Shown one piece after another: positions 11,615 through 22,869 of a stretch of DNA of 64,000 bases. A model generated the notes under the pieces. The model was not told the origin of the DNA, searched no databases, and worked only from the letters and a program-made list of their open reading frames with translations. How positions within the stretch are numbered: position 1 is the first letter of the stretch; each line of letters begins with the position of its first letter. The position numbers were made by a program, and so were the translations under genes. The stretch lies in contig NC_090415.1 of NCBI RefSeq assembly GCF_036365525.1, positions 12,152,001-12,216,000 of the forward strand, written 5' to 3'. The DNA comes from Heterodontus francisci. Taxonomy: Eukaryota.

Positions 11615-13332
11615 AGTCGTGGGCAAAATATTGGAATCCATTCAGAGAGACAGGATAAACTGTCACTTAGAAAGGCAAAGATTAATCAAGCATAGTCAGC
11701 GTGGATTTGTGAAGGGAAGATCTCGTCTGACCAACTTGATCCAATTTCTTGAAGAAGTAACAAGGAAGTTGGATGATGGCACTGTAGTTGATGCGGTCTG
11801 GATGGATTTTAGCAAGGATTTTGACAAGGTCCCACATTGCAGACTGGTTAAAAAAAATTAAATCCCGCGTGATCCAGGAAAATGCAGTAAGCTGGATGCA
11901 AATTAGGTTTAGTGACAGGCAATAAATGGTAATTGTTAACGGGTGTTTTTGCGATTGGAGGGCTGTTTCCATTGGCGTTCCGCTTGGCTCAGTACTGGGT
12001 CACCTGCTCATTGTGGTATATATTAATGATTTGGACGTAAATGGAGGGGAAATGATCAAGAAGCTTACAGATGACATAAAAATTGGTCGTGTGATAGAAA
12101 ACGAGGAGGATTGCTGTAGGTTGCAGGAAGATGTCGATGGTCTGGACATATGAGCAAAAAATGGCAAATGGAATTCAACCCGGATCAGTGTGAGGCGATG
12201 CATTTTGGGAGGTCAAACAAGGCAAAGGAATACACGATTAATGGGAATATACTGAGTTGTGTAGAGAATGTGAGGGATCTTGGAGTAAATTTCCACTGAC
12301 CCAGAAGGTAGCAGGGCAGTTCGACAAGGTGGCTAAGAAGGCATATGGAATCCTTCCCTTTATTAGCCGAGGTATAGAATATAATAGCAGGAAGGTTATC
12401 CTGGAAATATATCATCCATTGGTTAGTCTACAAATTGAGGACTGTGTGCAGTTCTCATCACCTCATTATAGAAGTGACGTAATTGCATTATAGAGGGTCC
12501 AGAGGAGATTTACGAGGACATTTTCGGGACTTAAAAATGCAGCTATGAGGAAAGATTGGGTGGGCTGGGATGTTCTCCTTGGAACAGAGAAGGGTAGATC
12601 TGATTGAAATATATCACATTTTGAGGCCTGGATCGAGTGGAGGTCAATGGCCCATTTACCTTCATGGAGAGTGACAGGGCGGCAAAGACTTAAAGTGCTT
12701 GGCAGAAAGATTAGAGGGAAAAGAAGGGAAAGTTTTCCTCACCTAGCAATGCAAAACTGGGCCTCCATGAGGGTCTGTGGGCCATTCGGATTAATGTGTA
12801 CAGTACTGTTCTCCTTATTTAAGGAAGGGTGTATTTGCGTTGGAGGCAGTACAGAAGGTTTACCAGGCTAATGCCTGGAATGGACTGGCTGTCTTATGAG
12901 GAAATATTGGACAAGCAAAGCTTGTATCCGCTGGAACTTAGAAGAGTAAGATGTGACTTGATTGAAACATATAATATCCTGAGGGGTCTTGACAGGGTAG
13001 ATGTGGAAAGGATGTTTCCCCTTGTGGGAGAATCTATAACAAGGGGTCACTGTTTAGAAATAAGGGGTCGCACATTTAAGACAGAGATGAGGAGATTTTT
13101 TTTCTCAGAGGGTCGTGAGACTTGGGAATTCTCTTCCTCAGAAGGCGAAGGAAGCAGAGACTTTGAATATTTTTCAGGTCCAGGTAAATAGATTCTTGAC
13201 AAGAAAGGGAGTGTAGAAAACCGGGTCGTGCTGGAAATGTGGAGTAATCAGTTCAGAAATAAACTTATTGAATGGCAGAGCAGGCTCGAAGGGCTGAGTG
13301 GCCTACTCCTGCTCCTAATTCGTATGTTCGTA
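11615..13332 (+). mobile_element. Two adjacent degenerate CR1 RT/3' fragments
   Basis: ORF remnants 11619-11861, 11926-12153, 12257-12493, 12829-13191; tail cctactcctgctcctaattcgtatgttcgta. Confidence 0.9.
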
Positions 13333-13344
13333 TAAGATGAGCGA

Positions 13345-15405
13345 GGTACCAACAGCAGCAGAATTGTACTCAACCCCAATCTTTAAGCTCATGGCCCGGC
13401 ATATCCCTCACTCTAAAATTAACATCAAACCAGGAGACCAAACGTGATTCAATGAAGAGTGCAGCAGGGCATGCCAGGAGCAGCACCAGGCATACCTCAA
13501 AACGAGGTCTCAACCTGGTGAAGCTACAACACAGGATTACTTGCATGTCAAACTGCGTATGCAGCATCCGATAGACAGAGCCAAGTGATTTCATAACCAA
13601 TGGATCAGATCTAAGTGCTGCAGTCCTGTCACATCCAGCCGTGAATGGTGGTAGACAACTAAACAACTAACTGGAGGAGGTGGCTCCACAAATATCCCCA
13701 TCTTCAATGATGAGGGAGCCCAGCACATCAGTGCAAAAGATAAGGTTGAAGCTTTTACAACAATCTTCACTAGAAGTGCCGAAATGATGATTCATCTCAG
13801 ACTATTCCTGAAGGCCCCAGCATCACAGATGGCAGACTTCAGCCAATTCGAATCACTCTGTGTGACATCAAGTAATGACTAAAGGTGCTGGATACTGCCA
13901 AGGCTCTGGGTTCTGACAATGTTCTCCAATAGTACTGAAGACCTGTGCTCCAGAACTTGCTGCGCCCATAGCCAATCTGTTCCAGTACAGCTACAACACT
14001 GGCATGTACCTAGCAATGTGGAATATTCCCCAGGTATGTCTTGGACACCAAAAGCAGGACAAGTCCAAGCTGGCTAATTAGACCCCATCAGTCTACTCTC
14101 AATAATCAATAAAGTGATGGAAGGTGTCATCAACAGTGCCATCAAACGGCAGTTGCTCAGTAATAACCTGGTCAGTGACGTTCAGTTTGTGTTCCACCAG
14201 TGCCACTCAGCTCCTGACTACATTACAGCCTTGGTCCAAACACGGACAAAAGAGCTGAACTCAAGAGTGAGAAGAAAGTGATTGTCCTTGACATCAAGGC
14301 AGCATTTGACCGAGTATGGCATCAAGGAACCCGAGCAAAACTGGTTGGAGTCATACCTAGTGCAAAGGAAGATGGTTGTGGTTGTTCGAAGTTATTCATC
14401 TGAACTCCAGGACATCACTGCAAGAGGTCCATAAGGTATTGTCCTATGCCCAACCATCTTCAGCTGCTTCATCAATGACTTTCCTTCAATCATAAGGTCA
14501 GAAGTGGGATGTTCACTGAAGATTGCACAAGGTTCAGCATGATTTGTGACTCCTCAGCAACTGACTGTCTGTGCAGAAATGCAGCAAGACTTGGACAATA
14601 TCCAGGCTTGTGCTGATAAAAGGCAAGTAACATTCACGCCACACAAGTGCCAGGCAACTACCATCTCCAACAAGAGGGATTCTAACCATCTCCCCTTAAC
14701 ATTCAATGGCAATTAGCATCGCTGAATCCCCCATTATCAATATCCTAGGGTCTACCATTGACCAGAAACTGAACTGGAGTAGCCATATAAATACCGTGGC
14801 TACAAGAGCAGATCAGAGGATAGGAATCCTGCGACGAGCAAATAACCTGCTGACTCCCCAAAGCTTGTCCACCATTTCCAAGGCGGGACTCAGGAGTGTG
14901 ATGGAATACTCTCCACTTGCCTGGATGCGTTCAGATCCTTCAACACTCAAGAAACTCGACACCAGCCTGGACAAAGCAGCCCACTTGATTGCCACCCCAT
15001 GTACAAACATTCACTCCCTCCACCACCGACACACAGTAGCAGCAATGCGTACCATCCACATGATGCACTGCAGCAACACACCAAGGCTTTTTAGACAGCA
15101 CCTTGCAAACCCGTGAACACTACCAACTAGAAGCACAAGGGTACTAGATGCATGGGACCACCATCACCTGCCAGTTCCCCTCCAAATCACACATCATCCT
15201 GACTTCGAACTATATTGCCATTCCTTCACTGTCGCTATGTCAAAATCCTGGAACACCCTTCCTAACAACACTATGATTGTACCTACCTCACATGGAGTGG
15301 AGCGGCTCAAGAAGCCATCTCACCACAACCCCCTCCAGGGCAGTTATGGATGGGCAATAAATGCTGGCCAAGCCAGCAACACCCACATCATATGAATGAA
15401 TAAAT
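13345..15405 (+). mobile_element. L2/CR1-clade LINE, degenerate RT and 3' end
   Basis: Remnants DIKAAFDRVWH and LNWSSHINTVATRA..RSVMEYSPLAW; tail atgggcaataaatgctggcc...atgaatgaataaa. Confidence 0.8.
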
Positions 15406-15409
15406 CAAA

Positions 15410-15640
15410 CAGGGTGGTGGTGGTCTGGAACTCACTGCCTGAAAGGGTAGTTGAAGTATAAACCTTCAAATCACTCAAAAGAAGTCTGGATATGCATCTC
15501 AAGTGCCGTAATCTGCCGGGTTACGGACCAAATGCTGGCAGGTGGGATTAGAATGGGTGGAATTTTTTTCGGCTGGCACAGATACGATGGGTCAAGTGGT
15601 TCCTTTCTGTGCCATAAACGTTCAATGTTTCTATGATTCT
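15410..15640 (+). mobile_element. CR1 3' end fragment
   Basis: gggtggtggtggtctggaactcactgcctgaaagggtagttga... CR1 ORF2 end and UTR. Confidence 0.75.
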
Positions 15641-15904
15641 GAGTGAATGCATATCTCTCCTTCTCACCATCACCCAAGCCTCTCGCCCACTCCAGATCTT
15701 TCTCTCTCTCTCTGCCTTTTTTTCGCTATTGATGCTGTCTCTCTCCCTCTGCCTTTGGTGCTGTATCTATGTTGGCGATACAGTTACTGAGTGTTATGTG
15801 TATGCATTCTATTGTAGTACTGATAGTCTCTCTCTCTCTCTCTGATGATACAGGTGAAGGTGAAATACTGTTGTTCAGTGTGATATGGACACACAGTTGG
15901 AAAT

Positions 15905-16046
15905 TATAATAATAAAAGCAAAATACTGCGGATGCTGGAAATCTGAAATAAAAACAAGAAATGCTGAAAATACTCAGCATGTCTGGTAGCATCTGTGGAG
16001 AGAGAAGCAGAGTTAACGTTTCGTGTCAGTGACCTTTCTTCGAACC
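15905..16046 (-). mobile_element. Short PLE-derived insertion with degenerate hammerhead motif
   Basis: aaaagcaaaatactgcggatgctgg...gagttaacgtttcgtgtcagtgacctttcttcgaac; absent from unit 2 at ~50242. Confidence 0.8.
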
Positions 16047-16408
16047 CCTTCACCCCGATGTCACCTTCACCTGTATCATCAGAGAGAGACAGACAGACAG
16101 ACATAGAGCGAGTGAGAGACTATCAGTACTACAATAGAATGCATACATATAACACTCACTAACTCTTTGCTCTTGCCGTCGAACCTAATAAACAGTCAAC
16201 ATTCGCAGCGCCAGTCTCAGAGTGTTTAACACTTACCGAGTCTGGAAAATACAAATACCCACCGTGAATCCGCAGCACAGGCCGAGCGGAGGGGAAATCC
16301 TGTCCTGGGAACGCTAAATTGAGCGAACAGTTCGGCCTGAGATTGTGTGGATGTGAATATTGTGGAAGAGAGTGTATTAAAGGGGCGGGCGCGTTAGTCT
16401 AATGCCAC

Positions 16409-16835
16409 TGTGTTTGTGGGTCTGGTCTCATCGCCGGATTTCCGACTCCCTCTTGTGTAAAATAACAAGATTTTCCAGTCAAAGAAGCACTTTGCTCCCC
16501 TTCTAATCCTCAATGTGGGAATTCAGTGTTGTTTGTTTGTTGATTTCAAGATTTTAATCGAAAAGTATGGAACATGTCAGCGATCGGCTGAGAGAGAGTC
16601 ATCAGTGCAGCAATGAAACGGGTTTCAGTCGAAAATGGAGTCTTTACTTCAAGTGAAACCTTTGTGACAGCAAACATTCTGATGTCAGAGACAGGAAGGA
16701 TCTAGCCTGGGACTCTGGAATACCCGAATTTCAGTGGAATTGGAGAGTTTAGGACCAGAGAGAAACACAGAGAGGCAGCAGGAGCCGGGAGCTGACAGCA
16801 GGTTGTCTCCGCCCCGTCCGCTCGCTGCCTTTAAG
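16409..16835 (+). promoter_or_regulatory. H1 promoter: TG-box, H1/AC box, GC box, TATA-like
   Basis: TGTGTTT 16409-16415, AAACACA 16763-16769, CCGCCC 16809-16814, TTTAAG 16830-16835. Confidence 0.75.
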
Positions 16836-16913
16836 TTGCTCAGTGCCGCCACCACCAGCTTCATTTCTGACCCAGTTCTGACTGACAGAGAGACTTTGTG
16901 CAGATTCCTGGAC

Positions 16914-17597
16914 ATGACCGATACTGCAGCCGCCGAAACGGCTCCTCCAGCCGCCGCCGCTCAAGTCAAGACTCCCAAGAAGAAGAAGGCGGCTCCTCGG
17001 AAGGGGTCAGGCGGTCCCAAGTTGGGCGAGCTGATCCTCAAGACTGTGGCGGAATGCAGTGTCCGCAGTGGGATGTCACTGCAGGCAATAAAGAAGGCTC
17101 TGCGTGTTAAAGGTGTCGATGTGGAGAAGGGCAAGTTCCAAATCAAGCAAAGTATCAAGCGGCTTGTGGCGAAAGACTTCCTGGTGCAGACGAAGGGCAC
17201 GGGGGCCTCCGGCACCTTCAAAATCGCGAAACAGGAAAAGAAGGGAAATGTAGTGAAGAAGATTAAGACAGGAGCAGCCAAGAGATCTTTAGTGAAGAAA
17301 ACAGCTGCCAAGAAACTGATCACAAAGAAAACAGCCAAGAAATCCCCAGGGAAGAAAATAGTCGCCAAGAAAGTGAGCAGCAAGAAGACAGCAGCCAAGA
17401 AAGTGAGCACCAAGAAGGCGGCAACGCCAAAGAAGGCGGTAAAGAAAGCAACGCTTCCAAAAAAATCTCCAGCGAAGAATGCCAAAAAAGCCAAGAGGGC
17501 CACGGGCGGAAAGCCGCCCAAGAAAGTCCAATCATCAAGGGGCGGGAAGAAGCCGAAAGCAGCAAAGGCTCAGAAAGCAACCCCTGGAAAGAAGTGA
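16914..17597 (+). CDS. H1: Linker histone H1 (227 aa, MTDTAAAETAP...)
   Basis: Globular domain ..RSGMSLQAIKKAL..LVQTKGTGASGTFKI and K/A/P-rich tail with S/TPKK-type motifs; ATG 16914 downstream of the promoter; stem-loop follows. Confidence 0.96.
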   Translation: MTDTAAAETAPPAAAAQVKTPKKKKAAPRKGSGGPKLGELILKTVAECSVRSGMSLQAIKKALRVKGVDVEKGKFQIKQSIKRLVAKDFLVQTKGTGASGTFKIAKQEKKGNVVKKIKTGAAKRSLVKKTAAKKLITKKTAKKSPGKKIVAKKVSSKKTAAKKVSTKKAATPKKAVKKATLPKKSPAKNAKKAKRATGGKPPKKVQSSRGGKKPKAAKAQKATPGKK

Positions 17598-17633
17598 AAC
17601 AGCACGGGAAACTTGTAGACATCTGAACCCAAA

Positions 17634-17674
17634 GGCTCTTTTCAGAGCCACCCACGTCTCTCAGGAAAGAGCTG
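17634..17674 (+). terminator. Histone 3' stem-loop and HDE (H1)
   Basis: GGCTCTTTTCAGAGCC 17634-17649, ACCCA, AAAGAGCTG 17666-17674. Confidence 0.95.
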
Positions 17675-18275
17675 ATCCCCCGATCAAATGATCCCTGTCC
17701 CGCAGTCGTGTACACATTTCACCTAGTAATGATTTGAAGTAAATCCAAGTTCCCTGGTGACTCTCAACCCAGCCCTTCCTCACTCTCTGTAACAAATCAG
17801 GGATGTCCGGGCCTCACTGTACCAGGGTATATGTTCGGTGAAGTCTCAGTTCATGCCCGTTTCAGGGCGACAGCCTGTAACACAGTAACACGGGCGAGAT
17901 ACCCCGCGTCACATCTCAAACCCCAATACATGATTTTGTATAATTCAGCTGGGGTTAGGTTTCAGTAAACTGTTCAATCCGTCTGGGAGGAGAGGTGTGC
18001 CGAAACAGGTTGACTTGTGATCGGAAGCACTGCACTTAGGCGGGTGTATTACGAACTTTTATTTGTTACAGATCCGTATTTAGACCGCCGGTTTTCTGTT
18101 ATCAGTGACTATCAATGCCGAATCTCCAAGTTTTATGCTGAGCTCTAATGTCGAGAATTGTTTTTTCTTGAATTCGCGGTTCGAGCAAGTGGGAGGCGGA
18201 GCGAGAGGATCAAAGACATTTCTCTGCTCTGTCTGTCACTCAGTTTCCTCCAGACACGCCTCTGGCTCTCTGTCT

Positions 18276-18310
18276 CTTTCTCAGTCAGGTCGGGGCAGGC
18301 TGTATAAAAA
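18276..18310 (+). promoter_or_regulatory. H4 promoter: site II-like element and TATA box
   Basis: ctttctcagtcaggtcgg resembles H4 site II; TATAAAAA 18303-18310. Confidence 0.7.
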
Positions 18311-18356
18311 GGCAGCAGAAACTACTCGTTTCTGATTCAGAATTAGGTTTGTGTAA

Positions 18357-18677
<321 letters not shown>

Positions 18678-18707
18678 ACAAATCGACCTTGTCTACCAAA
18701 AACAAAA

Positions 18708-18723
18708 GGCTCTTCTAAGAGCC
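18708..18723 (+). terminator. Histone 3' stem-loop (H4)
   Basis: GGCTCT-TCTA-AGAGCC then ACCCA. Confidence 0.93.
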
Positions 18724-19039
18724 ACCCAAAACCTCATATAGAGATAAGTGACCTTGAAACTGCAGCGGGGATGTCTTGGGATGTGAAATTGTTGTAGCTC
18801 ATCCAATGTTATGTGGACTTTATCAGATCAGTATTGGGTTGCATTTGATCATGTCCATTGCCGACCTGAACTGCCGGTAAAGATGTGGAAACGGATTTAC
18901 TCCCGTTGGAGTAAGAAATGGCTGGAGCTTTATTCCCGCCAGAGACCGAACAGGGAATGAATCCCTATTCAAACCGTGTTGGAAGACACAGAGGGGGATC
19001 CAGGGCGGAAAAAAAATCACGCTAAAAGCAATGAGATTT

Positions 19040-19265
19040 TATAATTGTTCCCGCCGAATTCGGTTTTATTTAATCTTTGAGTAGTTTGCTAATTTGAAAT
19101 TGGGGGGCTTTTTGAAATTGATGAAATTTCAGTTGCAGTTCAACCAATCAGGGAGCAGCAATTCCCACCGCCCTTTTCCATCCCAGACATCGTTTCAAAT
19201 TGGATGATGGACGGTGCTTCATCCAATCACAACATTAGGGCGGTCCTTCGACTGTCTTAAATAGG
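19040..19265 (+). promoter_or_regulatory. H3 promoter: E2F/CHR-like motifs, CCAAT boxes, TATA-like
   Basis: TTCCCGCC ~19048, two TTTGAA in 19093-19116, CCAATC at 19144 and 19223, ATTGG ~19199, CTTAAATA 19256-19263. Confidence 0.7.
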
Positions 19266-19291
19266 CAGTCCCTGAGCAGCCTCCTCATTAA

Positions 19292-19723
<432 letters not shown>

Positions 19724-19766
19724 ACTGACCCTGCCCGGAACTGAGTTCGGCATCAAATACCACAAC

Positions 19767-19807
19767 GGCTCTTTTAAGAGCCACCAAATGGACAAAAGAA
19801 AGAGTTG
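19767..19807 (+). terminator. Histone 3' stem-loop and HDE (H3)
   Basis: GGCTCTTTTAAGAGCC 19767-19782; AAAGAGTTG 19799-19807. Confidence 0.95.
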
Positions 19808-20172
19808 TGATCTCTTGTTCATTCCAGCACAGGAACGTCTCAGAAGGTTTTGATCACTTATTTACTAATAGCCGGGAGACACAAATACTATCTGCATCCG
19901 GTAGCTGGAGATTTCATGACGTGTCTGTTGTAAGATCTAGAGTAGCGATACCAATGTGCACAGCGCATTTTAATAGACCGGCGATCGTTTTGGGACTGAA
20001 CAAATGTTTGTGGTACATAAAGGGTAGAATGGTAAAAGTGCCTTTCCAATAGGGTCTGAGGGAATTAGAATGTATTTCATCTGATGAGCAACTAAATACC
20101 AAAATCCAGTACACTTCATTCCAACACAAAACAATGATAACTGTATAATATTACAGTCTCTCAGACAGTAAC

Positions 20173-20213
20173 CAGCCCTTTCACAGATAAAGTGGGTGGC
20201 TCTGAAAAGAGCC
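20173..20213 (-). terminator. Histone 3' stem-loop and HDE (H2A)
   Basis: Minus strand GGCTCTTTTCAGAGCC 20213-20198; AAAGGGCTG 20181-20173. Confidence 0.95.
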
Positions 20214-20243
20214 TTTGGGTTCACAGATTCAAGTCAGGCCGCT

Positions 20244-20892
<649 letters not shown>

Positions 20893-21250
20893 TATTTGTA
20901 AAACAAGGAGCGGCTTCAATATAGAATATCACATTTATATGTCATATTGTTTTACAGAAAACATTGCAAAAACGTTTTCATTTTTTTATTCCACATTTTG
21001 TCCCAGATTCGCTTTTGTCATCCGCCATGTATTCTGCTTTATTCTTTTTCATGATACAGTCTAACCAGCGGCTGAAAGACTCATTCACAGCATTTTGTAA
21101 CCGGACACATTTCAGGTTAATCTTAGTAATTATACTGTATCAGTGATTCTAGATTGATCCCTTTCCGTGGGAGACAAAAGCGGAGTATAGATTTTCAGTG
21201 TCACGGGTGAGAGACTGAGGGTGCCTAAACCAACGGGGTTTCTTAACAAT

Positions 21251-21389
21251 AAAATAAAAGCAAAATACTGCGGATGCTGGAAATCTGAAACAAAAACAAG
21301 AAATGCTGGATTCACTCAGCAGGTCTGGCAGCATCTGTGGAAAGAGAAGCAGAGTTAACGTTTCGGGTCAGTGACCCTTCTTCGGAACT
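21251..21389 (-). mobile_element. Short PLE-derived insertion with type I minimal hammerhead and 17-bp TSD
   Basis: TSD cggggtttcttaacaat at 21234-21250 and 21390-21406; empty site near 59532. Confidence 0.88.
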
Positions 21390-21390
21390 C
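21352..21390 (-). ncRNA. Minimal hammerhead ribozyme motif (U4C core variant)
   Basis: GAGTT-CCGAAGA-A-GGGTC ACT GACCC-GAAA-CGTT-AACTC: stem I GAGTT/AACTC, stem II GGGTC/GACCC, palindromic stem III. Confidence 0.65.
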
Positions 21391-21658
21391 GGGGTTTCTT
21401 AACAATTTACTTATTCATAAAGATAGCCAAACTTCAACACGGCAACCAAGTAACTGAGAACATCTTTAAATCATGCGTTAAATCAGCTTTCATTTTCGAA
21501 ATATAGCAAAGGGGCCGAATGAATCTGCATTAACCTGAACTGAATGGATTTAAACAGAAAATACAACCGCCATCAAAAATTTGCAGAGTATTCATATTAA
21601 CATAAAAAGAATTCGATAATCATGATAATGTTGTAGATTGTTCAGAGAAGTTGTGGGT

Positions 21659-21674
21659 GGCTCTTAAAAGAGCC
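21659..21674 (-). terminator. Histone 3' stem-loop (H2B)
   Basis: Minus strand GGCTCTTTTAAGAGCC then ACCCA; HDE weak. Confidence 0.93.
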
Positions 21675-21712
21675 TTTTTTGTATATTGTGTTTTTCAGTC
21701 CATGGCGGATAT

Positions 21713-22093
21713 TTACTTGGAGCTGGTGTACTTGGTGACCGCCTTTGTACCTTCCGACACGGCGTGTTTGGCCAGCTCCCCGGGCAGCAGCAGGCGCACG
21801 GCGGTCTGGATCTCCCGGGAACTGATGGTGCTGCGTTTGTTGTAATGGGCCAGGCGGGAAGCCTCACCCGCGATTCGCTCGAAAATATCATTCACAAACG
21901 AATTCATGATGCTCATGGCCTTGGAGGAGATGCCGGTGTCAGGGTGAACCTGCTTCATCACTTTGTACACGTAGATGGAGTAACTTTCTCTCCTGGATTT
22001 TCTCCGTTTCTTGCTGCCCTTTGCTGGCGCCTTCTTCAGAACTTTCTTGGCGCCCTTCTTGGAAGGTGCAGTTGTTTTCTTGTCGTCAACCAT
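21713..22093 (-). CDS. H2B: Histone H2B (126 aa, [10 protein letters not shown]...)
   Basis: [32 protein letters not shown]; ATG at 22093. Confidence 0.97.
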   Translation of the reverse strand: MVDDKKTTAPSKKGAKKVLKKAPAKGSKKRRKSRRESYSIYVYKVMKQVHPDTGISSKAMSIMNSFVNDIFERIAGEASRLAHYNKRSTISSREIQTAVRLLLPGELAKHAVSEGTKAVTKYTSSK

Positions 22094-22146
22094 GATCGCG
22101 ATCAACTTCAGACACAGTATAAGCGAAATTTTGCTCGTAGCTCGCG

Positions 22147-22285
22147 TTTTATAGGCATCTCCAGAATCCTATGCTAATGAAGGATGGGAGAAGACCATGC
22201 TCATGATTGGCTGGTTTACAATGATGTCACTGGCTGATGTTCGGTATCTGTGTGATTGGATATCTAAAGTAACCAATCACACGTC
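22147..22285 (-). promoter_or_regulatory. H2B promoter: TATA, octamer variant, CCAAT boxes
   Basis: Minus strand CCTATAAAA 22155-22147, ATTAGCAT 22178-22171, CCAATC at 22210-22205 and ~22259; plus strand ccaatc ~22273. Confidence 0.8.
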
Positions 22286-22539
22286 ATGCCGATCACAGCC
22301 ACAAACTGACGCAGCAGTCAGATCGTCCAACCCCCTTTGCCCGAACTTAACCATGACTTTCTGAGTCCCTCTGCCTCTTCAACCATTTCCATTTTGCTGG
22401 TACGAACACGTCTATTTTTTCACTCTGTACATATAGTTTCTCGACACTTCCATTCCTTATCAGGATGTTCCGCCCTGCTGCACTTCCGTCCATCACCAGG
22501 ATGGAACCGTCCAGTATAGTTGGGGTCAGACATGGGCAA

Positions 22540-22850
22540 GTGCAAGCATTGAAGTGCAAGTCTTTAATCTATGTTGCGTGCCAAATAAGGTTGGACAGCT
22601 GCAGCCACAAGTAACCACATGAAAGATTTATATAGTGGCAATTACATAATTCTGGCTGAAACTAGGCGAGGCATGGGAACTTATTATTACTGGCTACAAA
22701 TATTCAGCAAGACAGGTCTGAAAAAATATGGAGGGTTGTGGAGTGGAAAGAGTTGATCAAATAGAATATGATAACACTGGCAGCGATGACGTTTTTGAGC
22801 TGTAAACAAAATAATCTATTTGGTCACATATACGGAATATGGCAGGAGGA
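22540..22850 (+). mobile_element. Highly degenerate CR1 APE fragment
   Basis: tatagtggcaattacataattctggctg..tggctacaaatattcagcaagacagg resembles DIVAITESWL..GYKIFRRDR. Confidence 0.5.
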
Positions 22851-22869
22851 AATACATGGACATTCTGGG

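Noticed and set aside
16734-16913. 60-aa N-terminal extension of H1 (and similar extensions of the H2A and H2B ORFs)
   Set aside because: They begin at non-ATG codons inside promoter or 5' UTR sequence; the ATG starts are 16914, 20633, 22093, 51492, 56598, 58058, 60228
16961-17521. Hydrophobic 186-aa antisense ORF and other ORFs overlapping histone genes (e.g. 19235-19822, 20196-20732, 21686-22177)
   Set aside because: Shadow frames produced by Lys/Ala-rich, GC-biased histone codons
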